Shown piece after piece: positions 36,265-49,359 of a stretch of DNA of 64,000 bases (within the stretch, counting starts at the first letter, position 1; each line of letters opens with the position of its first letter). The position numbers were made by a program, and so were the translations under genes. Source of the DNA: Podarcis liolepis. Lineage: Eukaryota. The stretch lies in the NCBI GenBank assembly GCA_965112155.1, contig OZ218100.1. The stretch is one strand, 5' to 3'. The notes under the pieces are model-generated. The model ran no database searches, had not been told where the DNA came from, and saw nothing but the letters and a program-made list of their open reading frames with translations.

Positions 36265-38009
36265 AGTGGGGTCACTCAGAAGAGAAGATGGTGAAATGCA
36301 AACAGGGGACACAGAAAGGGCTGAACTCCTCAATGCCTTCTTTGCCTCAGTCTTCTCCGATAAAGAAAACAATGCCCAACCTGAAGAATTTGGAGCAAAT
36401 GATTCAGCAGAGGAAACACAGCCCAGAATAACTAAGGAGATAGTACAAGAATACTTGGCTAGTTTAGATGTATTCAAGTCTCCAGGGCTAGATGAACTGC
36501 ACCCAAGAGTATTAAAAGAACTGGCAGATGTGATCTCAGAACCACTGGCAGTCATCTTTGAGAATTCCTGGAGAACAGGCGAAGTCCCGGCAGACTGGAG
36601 GAGGGCAAATGTTGTCCCTATTTTCAAAAAGGGGAAAAGAGAGGACCCAAATAATTATTGCCCAGTCAGTCTGACATCAATACCAGGGAAGATTCTGGAG
36701 CAGATCATTAAGCAAACAGTCTGTGAGCACCTAGAAAGGAATGCTGTGATCACCAATAGTCAGCATGGATTTCTGAAAAATAAGTCATGTCAGACTAACC
36801 TGATCTCGTTTTTTGACAGAATTACAAGCCTGGTAGATGAAGGGAACGCAGTGGATGTAGCCTACCTTGATTTCAGCAAGGCATTTGACAAGGTGCCCCA
36901 TGATATTCTTGTAAAGAAGCTGGTAAAATGCGGTCTTGACTATGCTACCACACAGTGGATTTGTAACTGGATGACTGACCGAACCCAAAGGGTGCTCATC
37001 AATGGTTCCTCTTCATCCTGGAGAAGAGTGACTAGTGGGGTGCCACAGGGTTCTGTCTTGGGCCCGGTCTTATTCAACATCTTTATCAATGACTTGGATG
37101 ATGGACTCAAGGGTATCCTGATCAAATTTGCAGATGACACCAAACTGGGAGGGGTGCCTAACACCCCAGAGGACAGGATCACACTTCAAAACGACCTTGA
37201 CAGATTAGAGAACTGGGCCAAAACAAACAAGATGAACTTTAACAGGGAGAAATGTAAAGTATTGCACTTGGGCAAAAAAAAAATGAGAGGCACAAATACA
37301 AGATGGGTGGCACCTGGCTTGAGAGCAGTACATGTGAAAAGGATCTAGGAGTCTTGGTTGACCACAAACTTGACATGAGCCAACAGTGTGACACGGCAGC
37401 TAAAAAAGCCAATGCAATTCTGGGCTGCATCAATAGGAGTATAACATCTAGATCAAGGGAAGTAATAGTGCCACTGTATTCTGCTCTGGTCAGACCTCAC
37501 CTGGAGTACTGTGTCCAGTTCTGGGCACCACAGTTCAAGAAGGACACTGACAAACTGGAACGTGTCCAGAGGAGGGCAACCAAAATGGTCAATGGCCTGG
37601 AAACGATGCCTTATGAGGAACGGCTAAGGGAGCTGGGCATGTTTAGCCTGGAGAAGAGGAGGTTAAGGGGTGATATGATAGCCATGTTCAAATATATAAA
37701 AGGATGTCATATAGAGGAGGGAGAAAGGTTGTTTTCTGCTGCTCCAGAGAAGCGGACACAGAGCAATGGATCCAAACTACAAGAAAGAAGATTCCACCTA
37801 AACATTAGGAAGAACTTCCTGACAGTAAGAGCTGTTCGACAGTGGAATTTGCTGCCAAGGAGAGTGGTGGAGTCTCCTACTTTGGAGGTCTTTAAGCAGA
37901 GGCTTGACAACCATATGTCAGGAGTGCTCTGATGGTGTTTCCTGCTTGGCAGGGGGTTGGACTCAATGGCCCTTGTGGTCTCTTCCAACTCTATGATTCT
38001 ATGATTCTA
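36265..38009 (+). mobile_element. CR1 LINE, 5'-truncated, young; ORF2 RT domain
   Basis: [47 protein letters not shown] and KFADDTKL motifs; 3'UTR ending in (ATTCTATG)n. Confidence 0.97.
36266..37932 (+). pseudogene. CR1 ORF2 remnant split by a +2 frameshift in an A-run (37274-37283)
   Basis: ORFs 36137-37348 and 37303-37932 join into one ORF2; A10 here versus A8 (in frame) in the 63 kb copy; no endonuclease domain. Confidence 0.9.
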
Positions 38010-39179
38010 AGTGGGGGGGGGGAGGATCCCTATTCTACTCCCACAATTTTCCTCTGACAAACTACCACCCAATTTCACCTGAATTAAAACTCAGGTATGT
38101 TTGGACATTCCATACCAAGGCATTTAAAAGGAAAGCAAAATGACCATTTGTAAGACTCACAGAATGTTGCCAGGGTCACAGAAAACTGCAGCTTTCTAGC
38201 TGAGCTGTGCTGTATCATTTAACGAATCGTCCACACTTCTGTTTGCTCCCACTGCTTTCCCCTTGGGAAAACCCATGGTTTGGCAGTGATTTGGAACAAA
38301 TGGAAATTGGAGTTTTTCACAAATTGCCGTTTGTTCCAATTTAGTACTAAAGAGTGGGTTTTCCAAGGGATTTTCTTGGACCCATGCTTTACTGGGCATC
38401 GGACAAGTGGAAGTGTGGAGAAGCCATAACTCTGGATGTCCTGGGTGTCTGAGGTTAGCAAATAAATACTCCTCTCTGAGCAAAGTCAATAAGTCCTAAA
38501 GCTAGAGTTGACACTCAATTTCCACCTAAAGCAACATTTCAAGGCAAATTTAGAGGTTCCTATCTGGGAGAAATTGCCATGAAATGTTATGAGGCACACA
38601 CAGAAAATGATTTCTGTAAGTCCAGCCAGGGATGCCAACAGGCTTTTCTGGGCCTGATTCACTGCATCCATCCCACACAAACTATAGGCAAGAACTGACA
38701 TGTATTAACTTAGCCTGGTTTACCTCACAAGGCAGCTGATATTATTTAATTGATTTCTTGCCTACCCTTCACTGTAAGGTCCCCCTAAGGTAGGTTACAA
38801 CAATATAAAATTCATTATTTAAAACGATTTGATAACAATTGCCTGTTAAGATCAAGCAGGTGCCTTCGCAGCACCTGCTAAAAACATTCTTGTTTAGCCA
38901 AGCCTATCCAGATGATAATATACCCAGCTTTGAGTTCCTGAGTGGAAAAGCAAGATGCAGATATACAGTGCCACTCATGATAACCCACTTGTTATAGATG
39001 TAACATTTCATAGTTCTGATATTTACAGAACATCAGAAGAGCCCTGAAGCCAAAGACCCATTTGGTCCAGCATCTTGTTCTCAGAGTGGCTTACTCAGGA
39101 CCTGAGTGCAACAACCCACTAGTGGTCCCCATCAACTGGTATTCAGAGGCAGTATGCATCCATCATAGATAGTAGCCAA

Positions 39180-39750
39180 TAGGGATGGGAGAATAAGTCA
39201 GCTTTGGTTTCTCTCAGTTTCTCAGTTTTTCCAATCCAGTTCAGAGCTCCACGTTTCTACATCCGCTTGTGATTTTCTTTTTAAGTCCTCGTGAAAATTC
39301 AACAGCATTTTGGTGCAAATTTCACCCAATATACACATATTTTGCAAAGCAATTTGCCCTTATATAATGCATTTGTAATGCTAGTTTCTCAAGTACAGTG
39401 GAACCTCAGTTGTCGAACGCTTCAGAAGCCAAACAATTCAGAACCCAAACCCGGAAATGAATGCTTCCGTTTTCGAACACGCCTCAACACTTTGCTGACC
39501 GACAATTGCACCTTGGTTGTCGAACGTTTCAGAAGTTGAACAGTCTTCCAGAATGGATTACATTTGACAACCGAGGTTCCACTGTATATGCCTTTTTTTA
39601 GAACTACTTGTCTGGAGAACTGCACTGCAAATTTTGCCAGTGTGGATTTCAAAAGAGGGATACATTTGGCTTCACATCTAGTTTCAGAAAGCACAAATCG
39701 GGTAAGTTGCCTTTGAATATGAACCGAATCGAACTTCTCCTCCATCCCTA
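39180..39750. mobile_element. 'TAGGGATGGG' hAT element
   Basis: TIR tagggatgg / ccatcccta; exact 8-bp TSD gtagccaa at 39172-39179 and 39751-39758. Confidence 0.9.
39396..39584. mobile_element. Tc1/mariner-pogo MITE nested in the hAT element
   Basis: TA|cagtggaacctcagttgtc ... gacaaccgaggttccactg|TA. Confidence 0.9.
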
Positions 39751-41959
39751 GTAGCCAACGAAAGCCCTATCTTCCATAAATTTCTCTAACGCTCTTTTAA
39801 AGACTTCCAAGTTGGTGGCCATCACTATGTCTTGTGGGAGCAAAGGCCATAGTTTCCAAACCCATAGTCTTAAACTCTTGGGGTTTAAACTTGTAGCCAT
39901 AGCAACATAAGAGGAACCTGCTGGATCAGGCCAATGGCCTATTAAGCCCAGCTTTGCAGACAGACCAAAGGCAAAAATGGCCATTTCAATTTGAGAGCAC
40001 ATCCACCAACAGTTGGAAACCTTGAAAAAGCATTAAGCAGGCCATCCTGACCAGCAGCCCGACTCAAGTTTCCTGACTTAAACAAGGAAGTTCTCATAAG
40101 CAAAAGGAGGGCTAAGCTCTTCCACAGGCAATATTTCAAAAGCCCAGCTACTACTGAGTAAATAAATGTGTGGAGCAGATACAATAAACATTTTCTTCTG
40201 TTCTGAAATCAGATCTGCAGATCCCTTTTGTGCTTGGCAGTCTGTAATTACAGGATATGTTAAATTTTCTTTATAGCTAGCCCTGATGGCTCTTAAGTGA
40301 CCGCACCGCCCAGTACAGCACCCCTCTCTGGTCTGCTACCATTTGTAATGAAAGCCAGATGTTTCCTTCAAGCTAATAATCAATACAGCACTCGTCCCGA
40401 GTCAAGTAGGGCTAAACATTTGCTTAGAGATGCCATGTAAAAGCAGTGATAAGCAGAGGCGCTCCGCAGAGTGTTTCTTCAGACACCGCTCCAGCGTGAG
40501 ATAAACCATCCGCACAGCAAATGGGAAGGGGGGGTGGGAGGGTATTTTTCAAGTCTTGAAATGAAACTGACACAACTGAAAGAAATGGAGTTCCTGCCGC
40601 CACCCAGATCCGTCTCCTACCTTCTGGTGAAGACCTTCCCATTTCCCATGAAGAAGGTGGGGATGGCAAGGAGTGAAGGCTGCCTTTTCCACCTCATAAT
40701 GAATCAGCCCCTGGATGCAGCGATAAGCATTTGCTATGTCAGGAACTCTGGGAATTTTTGCTCCGTGAGGGGTCTCTTAACAACTCTCAGTGCCCTCAAC
40801 AAACTGCAGATAACTGAGTGCATTGTGGCGTGGTGACAGAGCCAATCTGCTGTTCCTGTTGCCGCACCAGCTCCGTGGCATCGCCACACTGAGCTCCTTG
40901 TGCCCCTCCCCTCTGCCCTCAGGAACCTCATGGCTTCTTCCAAAGAATCATGGGAAATGTAGTTTGTTAAGGTGTCAGAACTTGTAGCTCTGTGAGGAGT
41001 AGACTACAGTTCTCAGGATTATGGGCCGAAGTCAGGTGCTTTAGATGTGACCCAAACTACCTTTAATTGCACTAGGCCCCAATAGATTTGCTCTATTTCC
41101 CCTCCCCTTTCATAGTGATGTGAATGTAACATAGCATGGATCCCATTTTTCCCTCAGTCCTGCCATGCTGCTTCAAATTTTGTATACGGGAGGTGGGGAA
41201 TGTGGTCAGACTGCAAACTGGATTTCACCATTTATTCTGGCCACTTTGATTCTTCCCATTAATGGACTTGGACTTTTACTGCAATAGAACTCTCCTTGTC
41301 AGCAGCCAATGTTGCTCCAGATTTAACTGCTACTTCCTGTCATCCTTATCCAGTAACCTTTATGATCTTTCTTTGGCAACTCCCATATTCATAAGAGGTT
41401 GGAGACCGGAATCTATTTCCTGTTTGATATTTCCTTACACTCCTCGCTTGAATGAATAGCTTAGATGACTTTAGCAGAAATAGACTTCCAAGTGACCGGA
41501 TTAAGACCAATGAAGACAATCCAGATTTCAGGAAATAATAAGAGCTCCACTGGAAACAGGCCCAAGTCCCCTCTAGTCCAACACTCTGCTCTCAAAGTGA
41601 CCAATCAGATGCCCAAAGAAGAGCCTCAGCGCAACAGCACTAAGCTCACCTGCGATTCACAGTAAATGGTCTTCAGAGGTATATTGCCTCCAGCAGTGAA
41701 TGTAGGAGATAGGAGCTGTTGATAGTCTCACCCTCCAGGAATTTGTCTAACCCAAGCTGGTAGCCATCACTGCCTCTTGTGGAGGCCAGACAGGCTCCCA
41801 CCAGAGGGAGAACATTCCACACGGCTTTTCAGCACTACTCTTCAGGAGGAGCACAACACCATTACTATGCTCTTGATTAACCCAGTTAGGCCAAACTAGG
41901 TTTCCCAACAGATATATTATTACAACTGAGCCACTTCTATACTCTGTTCTCTTGGTGGT

Positions 41960-41989
41960 GAGGAGGAGGAGGAGGAGGAGGAGGAGGAG

Positions 41990-42040
<51 letters not shown>
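41960..42040. repeat. Compound (GAG)n(GA)n microsatellite
   Basis: Direct inspection; about 80-nt pure purine tract. Confidence 0.98.
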
Positions 42041-42047
<7 letters not shown>

Positions 42048-44004
42048 AGGGAACATATTGTACACACTTCTATTCTTAGATCAATATGGCATAACTTCCT
42101 AGTGAAAACATTTTTTAAAAGCTTGTTTTAAGATCACTGCACAGAAAGGACTTTCACAGCAGATTTATAGTTATTTAATTGCTTTGACTTAAATGGAGTT
42201 ACTTTGGATACCCACCGGGCCATTAATGAAAAGGCATTTTGACTTCAAGCACTTCACTGTTATTTCTTCTCTGAACGTTCCTAAGAAACTCTGCTTGGAG
42301 GATACAAACACCCCAAAGAATGTCTTACTGTGCAATATTATGTGTGTCTACTCACAAGTAATCCAGTTGAGTTCATTAGGTCTGACTTTCAGGAGTAGAA
42401 TTACAACCTTACTTTATTTGGGACATGGCCATGTGGCTAGTCAGGCGGGTGGTAAATATACCCAATGAAAGAGTTTGACATGCTCTTGCCCTGCCCCCAC
42501 CCTGCTGCCTTTGCCCCCAAGTTGATGCACCTGAGCCTCTGACTCAGGGCCAGCTGAAACCTTTTTGGCACCTTCGTTAACATTACCATGTAATGTAATT
42601 AAAACAGTGGGTTTTTTCCTACTAAGGGCCTTCTCCACAACATTAACTAGCTTGCAGCAGTTATGACAGATAGGCCTTGGGTCCAACCCAACAACCAGTG
42701 AGATCTGTCAGTCAGAAGAGGGGGGGGGTTGAATTTAATTTGGAAATGGACAGTTTACAGTTGAGAGGGGTCATGTCTGAGAGAAAGGAGGAAGGAATTG
42801 CCTGTGGGTTAGTCAGGGACTTGGGTTTAAAGTAATGTTGCTAGATCACAACTCCCATCATCCTTGACCGTTAGCCATATTGGCTGGGGTTGATGGGAGT
42901 TGGAGTCCAGCAAATTTCAAGGGCCTTCTTCCAGAAGAAGCAAGCCCTGGAATTTATATATACACATTTACATGTTAAATGTAGTTTTGCAATCTGGCCC
43001 ACACATGCTACTTGTTTGATTACATATTGTTATGTTTTGAAATACTACAAACCATGGCTGTGCTGATTAGATTTAATAAAGGGTTTAAACATGGGGGGGA
43101 AATTGCATATAAATGTGCCTGGCTTGTGTTGTTTTTTTAGTTTTGATTGTCTATTTTTTACCGAAGTGTTTGCCAGCCTGGGCTCCTTTTGGGAGGAAGA
43201 GTGGGATATAAATTTAATAACTAAATAAGTGTTTGCACTTTAGCACTAAGGAAGCATTTCTCACGGAGCATGGAATGTAATGGCCTTAAACACAAGGCAG
43301 TTCATAAGAATATTTTTTGGAACAACTCTCTGGAAGCACCTGACGGAGTTCTGGAAATGATAATGTTGTTCACTGGGAAGGAACTTGTTTCATTTTGAGC
43401 TCAGCCTGTAGATGAAAGCATGATAACTTCAGAGATCTGTCGTATGTAATAGAGGGAAAAACACTTAGGGAATTGGGAGGGAGATGCAAAACCTAATGCA
43501 GCAACTACACAGCAGATTGCTAAGGGGAGGGCGAAAGAACCATCTCCCAGTGAATACAACCAACTGGATGTCTAAATGCTTCGTAAAATTTTATTGTGAA
43601 ATGCACAGATGATGAGTCCATCTGCAAAACATCAGGAGTGTTTATCATGATCTCCCAGAGAGTTCTGGGTGTGTTCCCCTTTGACACTATTTATGCAGGC
43701 TTAACTTAATATGAGTTCAAAGGAGAAGCTAGAATTGTTTCAAGGTGCTCTCTGTGTGTGCGCACACGCACGCACACACGCTTACGTGTGTGTGGACAGC
43801 GTTTGTGGTTTACGATGGCTTTCTCTGGCTTTCAAGATCAATGTGACAATTAACTTCCACGCAAATTCAAAAATGGGTGAGCTTTCAGAATTTGAACTTG
43901 ACTTTCAGAATGAAAACTTGCGTCTTAGCACTGCTGTGTTAGCACTCCTTAAGTTCAAGTCTAAATGCTTTTTTTCTCAAATTCTTTAACAGCATCCATA
44001 ATTT

Positions 44005-44353
44005 GGCCCAGTATACCTGAAGGAGCATCTCCACCCTCATCGTTCTGCCCAAACACTGAGGTCCAGCTCCAAGGGCCTTCTGGCGGTTCCCTCACTGCAA
44101 GAAGTGAGGTTACAGAGTACCAGGCAGGGGGCCTTCTCAGTAGTGGCGCCCACCCTGTGGAATGCCCTCCCATCAGATGTTAAGGAAATAAACAACTATC
44201 TGACTTTTAGAAGACATCTGAAGGCAGCCCTGTTTAGGGAAGTTTTAAATGTTTAAAGTTTTGTTCTGTTTTTAGCCTTTGTTGGGAGATGCCCAGAGTG
44301 GCTGGGGAAATCCAGCCAGATGGGCGAGGTATAAATAATAAAAATATTTTAAA

Positions 44354-44397
<44 letters not shown>
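44005..44397 (+). mobile_element. L2 LINE 3' end with (ATT)n tail
   Basis: Closely matches 21175-21541 (gtatacctgaaggagc...gtggctggggaaa.ccagc.agatgggcg). Confidence 0.9.
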
Positions 44398-44398
<1 letters not shown>

Positions 44399-44549
44399 TG
44401 TTTTTGCAAGCAGACTTGAGCAAGTGGATGAAACATCAACCCATAAACCCTTTAAGAACAAAAAAAAAGTCAGAAAACAAAGGGATGAGTCCCCCGGGGT
44501 AATGATACTGTCAGGGTAGGACTTTGAGGCAGAAACACTCTGGTGGTGC

Positions 44550-45255
44550 CAAGGATGGAGAATAAATTCAATTCAGTTTACATGCACAAGGGAATCTATC
44601 TAATTCGTACATTCTGAAACACTATGCAAACTGAAACACAGCCATCCTTCAAAATTGACACTTTGGTGAATTTTGCAGTGCAGTTCTCCATCCAAGTAAT
44701 GTGTACAAGAATGCATCAAAGTGTGCCTCAAACACATGGATTAGTGATGATAACATTTAAAATGCATTCTATAAGATGATATTACTTTCTTTTGCAAGAA
44801 CATGTATATTAAACAAAATTGCATACAAAAAATGTGTATATTAGGAGAAATTCACACTAAAATGCTGCTGAATTTTCATGAGGACATTACAAACTGATGT
44901 AAGTTCTTAAGAATGTTTAGTCATAATCTCCCTTCTTGTAACTTGAATTGATTGGTTAAGTTAGGGTTCTGGAGCTGGTTCTGGAACAGCAGAAAATTAA
45001 CTTGCTCCATCATCCATGTGACAGCTCTTCAGATATTTGAATATGGGTATTGTATCATCTTCCAGTCTTCTCTTCTCCAGGCTAAACATATCCAGCTCCC
45101 TCAACCATTCCTCATAAGTCTTGGATTCCAGACCCTTGATCATCTTGGTCGCCCTGCTCCGCCCTGCTCCAGCTTGTCAACATCCTTCTTAAATTGTGGT
45201 GCCTAGAACACTGAAACAGAGAGAAACTGAAACTTGACAGATTCACCCATTCCTA
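44550..45255. mobile_element. 'TAGGGATGGG' hAT element containing a CR1 fragment
   Basis: Termini caaggatgg / cccattccta; TSD ggtggtgc / ggtggagc (7/8). Confidence 0.8.
44901..45209 (-). mobile_element. Internal CR1 ORF2 fragment with no 3' tail
   Basis: tcttctcttctccaggctaaacat (MFSLEKRR antisense) and tccttcttaaattgtggtgc (APQFKKD antisense). Confidence 0.85.
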
Positions 45256-46128
45256 GGTGGAGCAGAGGTGGCTAGTGGGCTTCCCATGGTCAGCCCCTGT
45301 GTGAATAGGATGCGGGACTAGATGGACATTTGATGTGATCCAGCTGGGATCTTCTTAGGTTGTTATGTAGAGACACCATGAAGGGCTAGAAGGTTGCATG
45401 CTACAAAACTACAGAAAACCTTCCATGTTCCCAAGGCAGGACTAACAATTTAGTCAAAGTTCTATGCAAGTGCTTGGCTGTTATTAACAATTATTTTTAT
45501 TTTTTTATATTTATTTATTTTATATTTTAAGCAAAATGAACTTGAAAAAAGTTGCAGGGACAATGATCTGGAAATGAAGCCTTGATTACTTTCTGTTTCT
45601 CTGCCTTCCAAATGAACAGGCTCGGACAATTGCCTCCAGGCTAAGCTAAGCAAATAATCACCCTTTCGAGTTGTCTCGCTACTTCCTAGAGATTTACAAG
45701 AGAGGGGGCTAAAGAGAGAGTTTCAGTTACTCTGTCATACGCATCAAATGATTTGACCATCAATGTTATTTTAATGAAACTGTTTAAACAATGGCTTTAT
45801 GTGAGCCGCCCAGGATGAATAATAGGTGCAGAATGTAGCACTTAATATCTCAATCAAAGAAACAAAGAGTTTCCTTATGAATATTTTTAATGGATTTTAG
45901 TCTGACCTGTGAAGCTTTCTGCTCTTTAGGTGTAATTTGGTTTTTTCATTTATGAAGGAGTATTCTTTTATTTTTTTAAAGCAAAACTGGGAATAGAGTT
46001 TTAAGGCATCAAAAAGAATCTGGGCATTATTATTATTTTAAATGTAAATGGGCATTCCTTGCATTGACACCAGACTTCCATGATTGGCCCCACAAACATG
46101 GCTAAGCCTCTGAGTCACTTGTCTCCAA

Positions 46129-46281
46129 CAGGGATGGGGAACCTATAGCCCTCCAGGTGTTATTGGACTCCAACACCCAATGGCCTCAGGCAACATGGTC
46201 AGTGCTCAGGGATGATGAGAATTGTAATCCAGGAACATCTGGAGGGCCAACATCTGGAGGGCCAAAGAGTCCCGGACCCTG
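46129..46281. mobile_element. Palindromic hAT-derived MITE
   Basis: cagggatggggaacc ... ccctg; internal 15-bp tandem duplication aacatctggagggcc. Confidence 0.7.
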
Positions 46282-47489
46282 GCATTCAATAAGGGTTAAA
46301 CATTATCCCAAAGGGGGAGAGGGCAGGTTCCTAAGGATCCATTTTGTCTCTTTCATGGGGGAGGAAAGATAGCAAAGTGGAGCCACCCTCAGTTAAAATG
46401 CTGATCGAATGTTCAACTGTTTCTTCTTTTTTTAATAATAATTTAATAATAATAATCAAAGCTCTTTCTCAATGATTTCCATTAGCACAGCCCATCAGCC
46501 TTATTCACAGGCTGTCTTTCCTTGAATTCGCCTGTTCTCAAGTCATCTGTAACATAAAGTGAAGTTGACAATTAAATTAACAAAGCATACAAGACATTAA
46601 TGAGCTCTCTGACAGGCTAACAGCTAACAAGTTAATTAATGGAAGCTTGCCTCCATTAACACGGAAATGTGTGCCACAACATTTAAGGACTGTTGAAGAT
46701 ATTTCTTTCATTTTTATTACGGTATTACCCTTGTCAGTGTTACTTACAAACAGTAATATCCGCTTCACATCAGTTAAAAAACGGTTAACAGGAGGTTCTC
46801 CCAGACTTTATGAACACGGTGTTTTCAGCATGAAAATTGTAATTTGGCATGCTTGTTCTCAGTGAAAAGAAGCACTGATGTCGATCTTAAGGCACAGTTC
46901 TTAAGACTGGCATCAATATAAATCAAGCACCTCTACAAGCAGCTAAGCAACAGCGCAAGTAAGCAATTCATTCACATTTACACTTCTCTGCTTAAGGAGT
47001 CTTCGGCGGCTACATGATTAGTCAAAGCATTCTATAGAGGGAACTCCAAGTTGTTTTTTAATGGTGATCATCCTCTTTATCTTAATGCCTCTTCCTGCTA
47101 TTCAAATAATACAAGTGAGGATGGATAAAGCAAGTCTTTAGTCATTTTTGGGACACTATCAGCAGGAGCCATAGCCCCCCAAAATTATTTCCAGATGCAA
47201 AAGCTCTTGCATATCAAAAGTAGCATCTGCTCATTCCTCCAACTCGTATCATTTTGTTTATTACACAGGCACTTGCACCAGTTTGTCCAGGCAGAAGAGA
47301 GTTTGCCCCCACAGAATAGCTGCCCAATATGGACAAGCGTTCTCCAAATGCGACTGCCACACTTGGGGCAACAGTTCAAAGCCAAAGCATTGCCTTTCAT
47401 CAAACTTATATAAGCACTGGATGCCACAGACTAACCCATGTGGATGCCACATGTGGGAGACTATGAGATGGAGGCATCATCATTTGGTG

Positions 47490-47800
47490 TTTGTTTATTT
47501 TTTTAAAAAAAATGTATGTACTGCCCACTACCTTGATGATATAAAACATCAAGGTAATGTAGTGCATAGCAAAATATGCAAGTTCATCTTGAAGAAAAAA
47601 TTAAACAATGGCCTAAAGGACTGCCAGCCTAAAAATGTCAAGAGATGTCTGGAAGCCAGCAGCAAGGATGTCTGCCAAATCTCTGCAAGAAGAGTATTCC
47701 ACAGCATGGGATCAGCTACCCTAAATTCCTGGCTTTTTTCAGAAGCCTGTTGAACCTCCAACATAGGGTACAACCAACAGTGCTGCTCTGGATGATCACA
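47490..47800 (-). mobile_element. Old L2 3' fragment
   Basis: Minus ORF QEFRVADPMLWNTLLAEIWQ..RHLLTFL is a degenerate 'RAFSVAAPxLWNSLP' motif. Confidence 0.6.
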
Positions 47801-48075
47801 GTAGTCAAGTAGACCACAAGCACTCCTTAAGATATCCTACTGGTCCTTAAGATATCCTAGATGCAAGTGGGATAGCTGTGTTTCAGTCTGTGTATTATTT
47901 TAGAAAAATCAAATTTGGCAGGTTCTCATTTAAGTGTGAACTGAATTGAATCCCCCAGCCATTCCTAAATGCCTGTTCCACTTGTCCTTCTATACTACCT
48001 GGAGCCACAAAACTTTTCCCCACGTGTTATTCCTCACACACATCACCTTGTTTCTCTCAAGATTGTTGCTTCCAC

Positions 48076-48080
<5 letters not shown>

Positions 48081-48132
<52 letters not shown>
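48081..48132. repeat. (CT)n microsatellite
   Basis: Direct inspection. Confidence 0.98.
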
Positions 48133-48135
<3 letters not shown>

Positions 48136-49359
48136 TTTCTCTATTCCCTCACTGAAATGCCTTCCAATGCTCCTTAGTACACATGAAAAATAGAAAAGGC
48201 AAATGGATTTTTTCTCTATTTTCATCCTAAAATATTTGGCTTCAGTCCTGCATCTAATTCTGCGCAAGAGCATCACATTCCACTCATGAAACTAGATGTA
48301 AGATTTGCACCTTTAATATGCTTGGCTGGAACTTTGTGTGAGCTTATGCAGACTGGTGGGGGGGGAGAGATCACAGTTATCAAACTTCAGAAAAGAAAAG
48401 GCTGTAGAAATGCAGTTAAAAGGAAAGCAGGCTTTTAAACATTTAATCAGTCCAGTTGCAAACCATGATATTTCCAGAGCAAACCCCTCCAGACCATTAA
48501 ACTGGGCTTTTAAATTTCTCTTCCATCTGCAGCTGCAAAAAGACAGCCAGCTGATCAGCGTTATTTGTAAAATGGCTCCATATGGAAACATGATCTTCAT
48601 CTGATAATTTATGGATTATCCTGGAAAGGCAAGTATCAGTACAAGGAAAAGGAAGTGCATTGCAATTTGCAACACAGATTTAGATACACTGATTCATCTA
48701 CGTAATAGATCACAGTATCAAGGCCACATTGATATCATGTGGTAAGTTTCTTAGGATTGTTTCTTTTGCAGGTGTAATCATGTTACGAAACAGAAGTTGC
48801 TTACTCAAGTGAATGGCAGTCGGGTTTTCTGTGTATTGCTCTTTGTTCCAATTCAGCAGTAAATTGCACGTTTTCCCAGGGAAGTTGCCAGGACCACCCC
48901 ACCCCCCAAATCACACTGGCCTAGAAAGGCCAGACCTGTGCCTAGAAAGTGCAGAGTGAATGTAAGTGTGGGTGTCGATTTTCAACCATAAAGATGAGCA
49001 GGATCCACAGCCAATTGCACTTAGATATGACCTTTCTTCCAAGGCACCCAATGTAGTTTTAAAATATTGGGGTGGGGGGACAAATGGCACAAAATATAGA
49101 AATGCAAACTGAGTTATCTCAGGTCATTGATGCTGCCATTGCCCTAAGCTGGCTGGGCTTCTTATTTTACCCTCTCTCATTCCCATCATAGTACAGCAAG
49201 ATGATAACTATTTCCATTAGGGCTGGATGGTGTAGTGTACCACTTGAGTTGCATCAGCAGTGGTGATCACATAATGCTAATCGTAAAATATCCCATAATA
49301 ATAATCGTAAATATCTGGAAACATACCGGTAAATATCATTTTTATAAAACCTCACAATA

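Larger units (their letters stand above)
39025..39860 (-). mobile_element. Old CR1/L3-type 3' fragment split by a hAT insertion
   Basis: Minus ORF end LWPLLPQDIVMATNLEVFKRALEKFMEDR; the 3'UTR continues on the other side of the insertion; a related fragment lies at 41540-41810. Confidence 0.75.
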
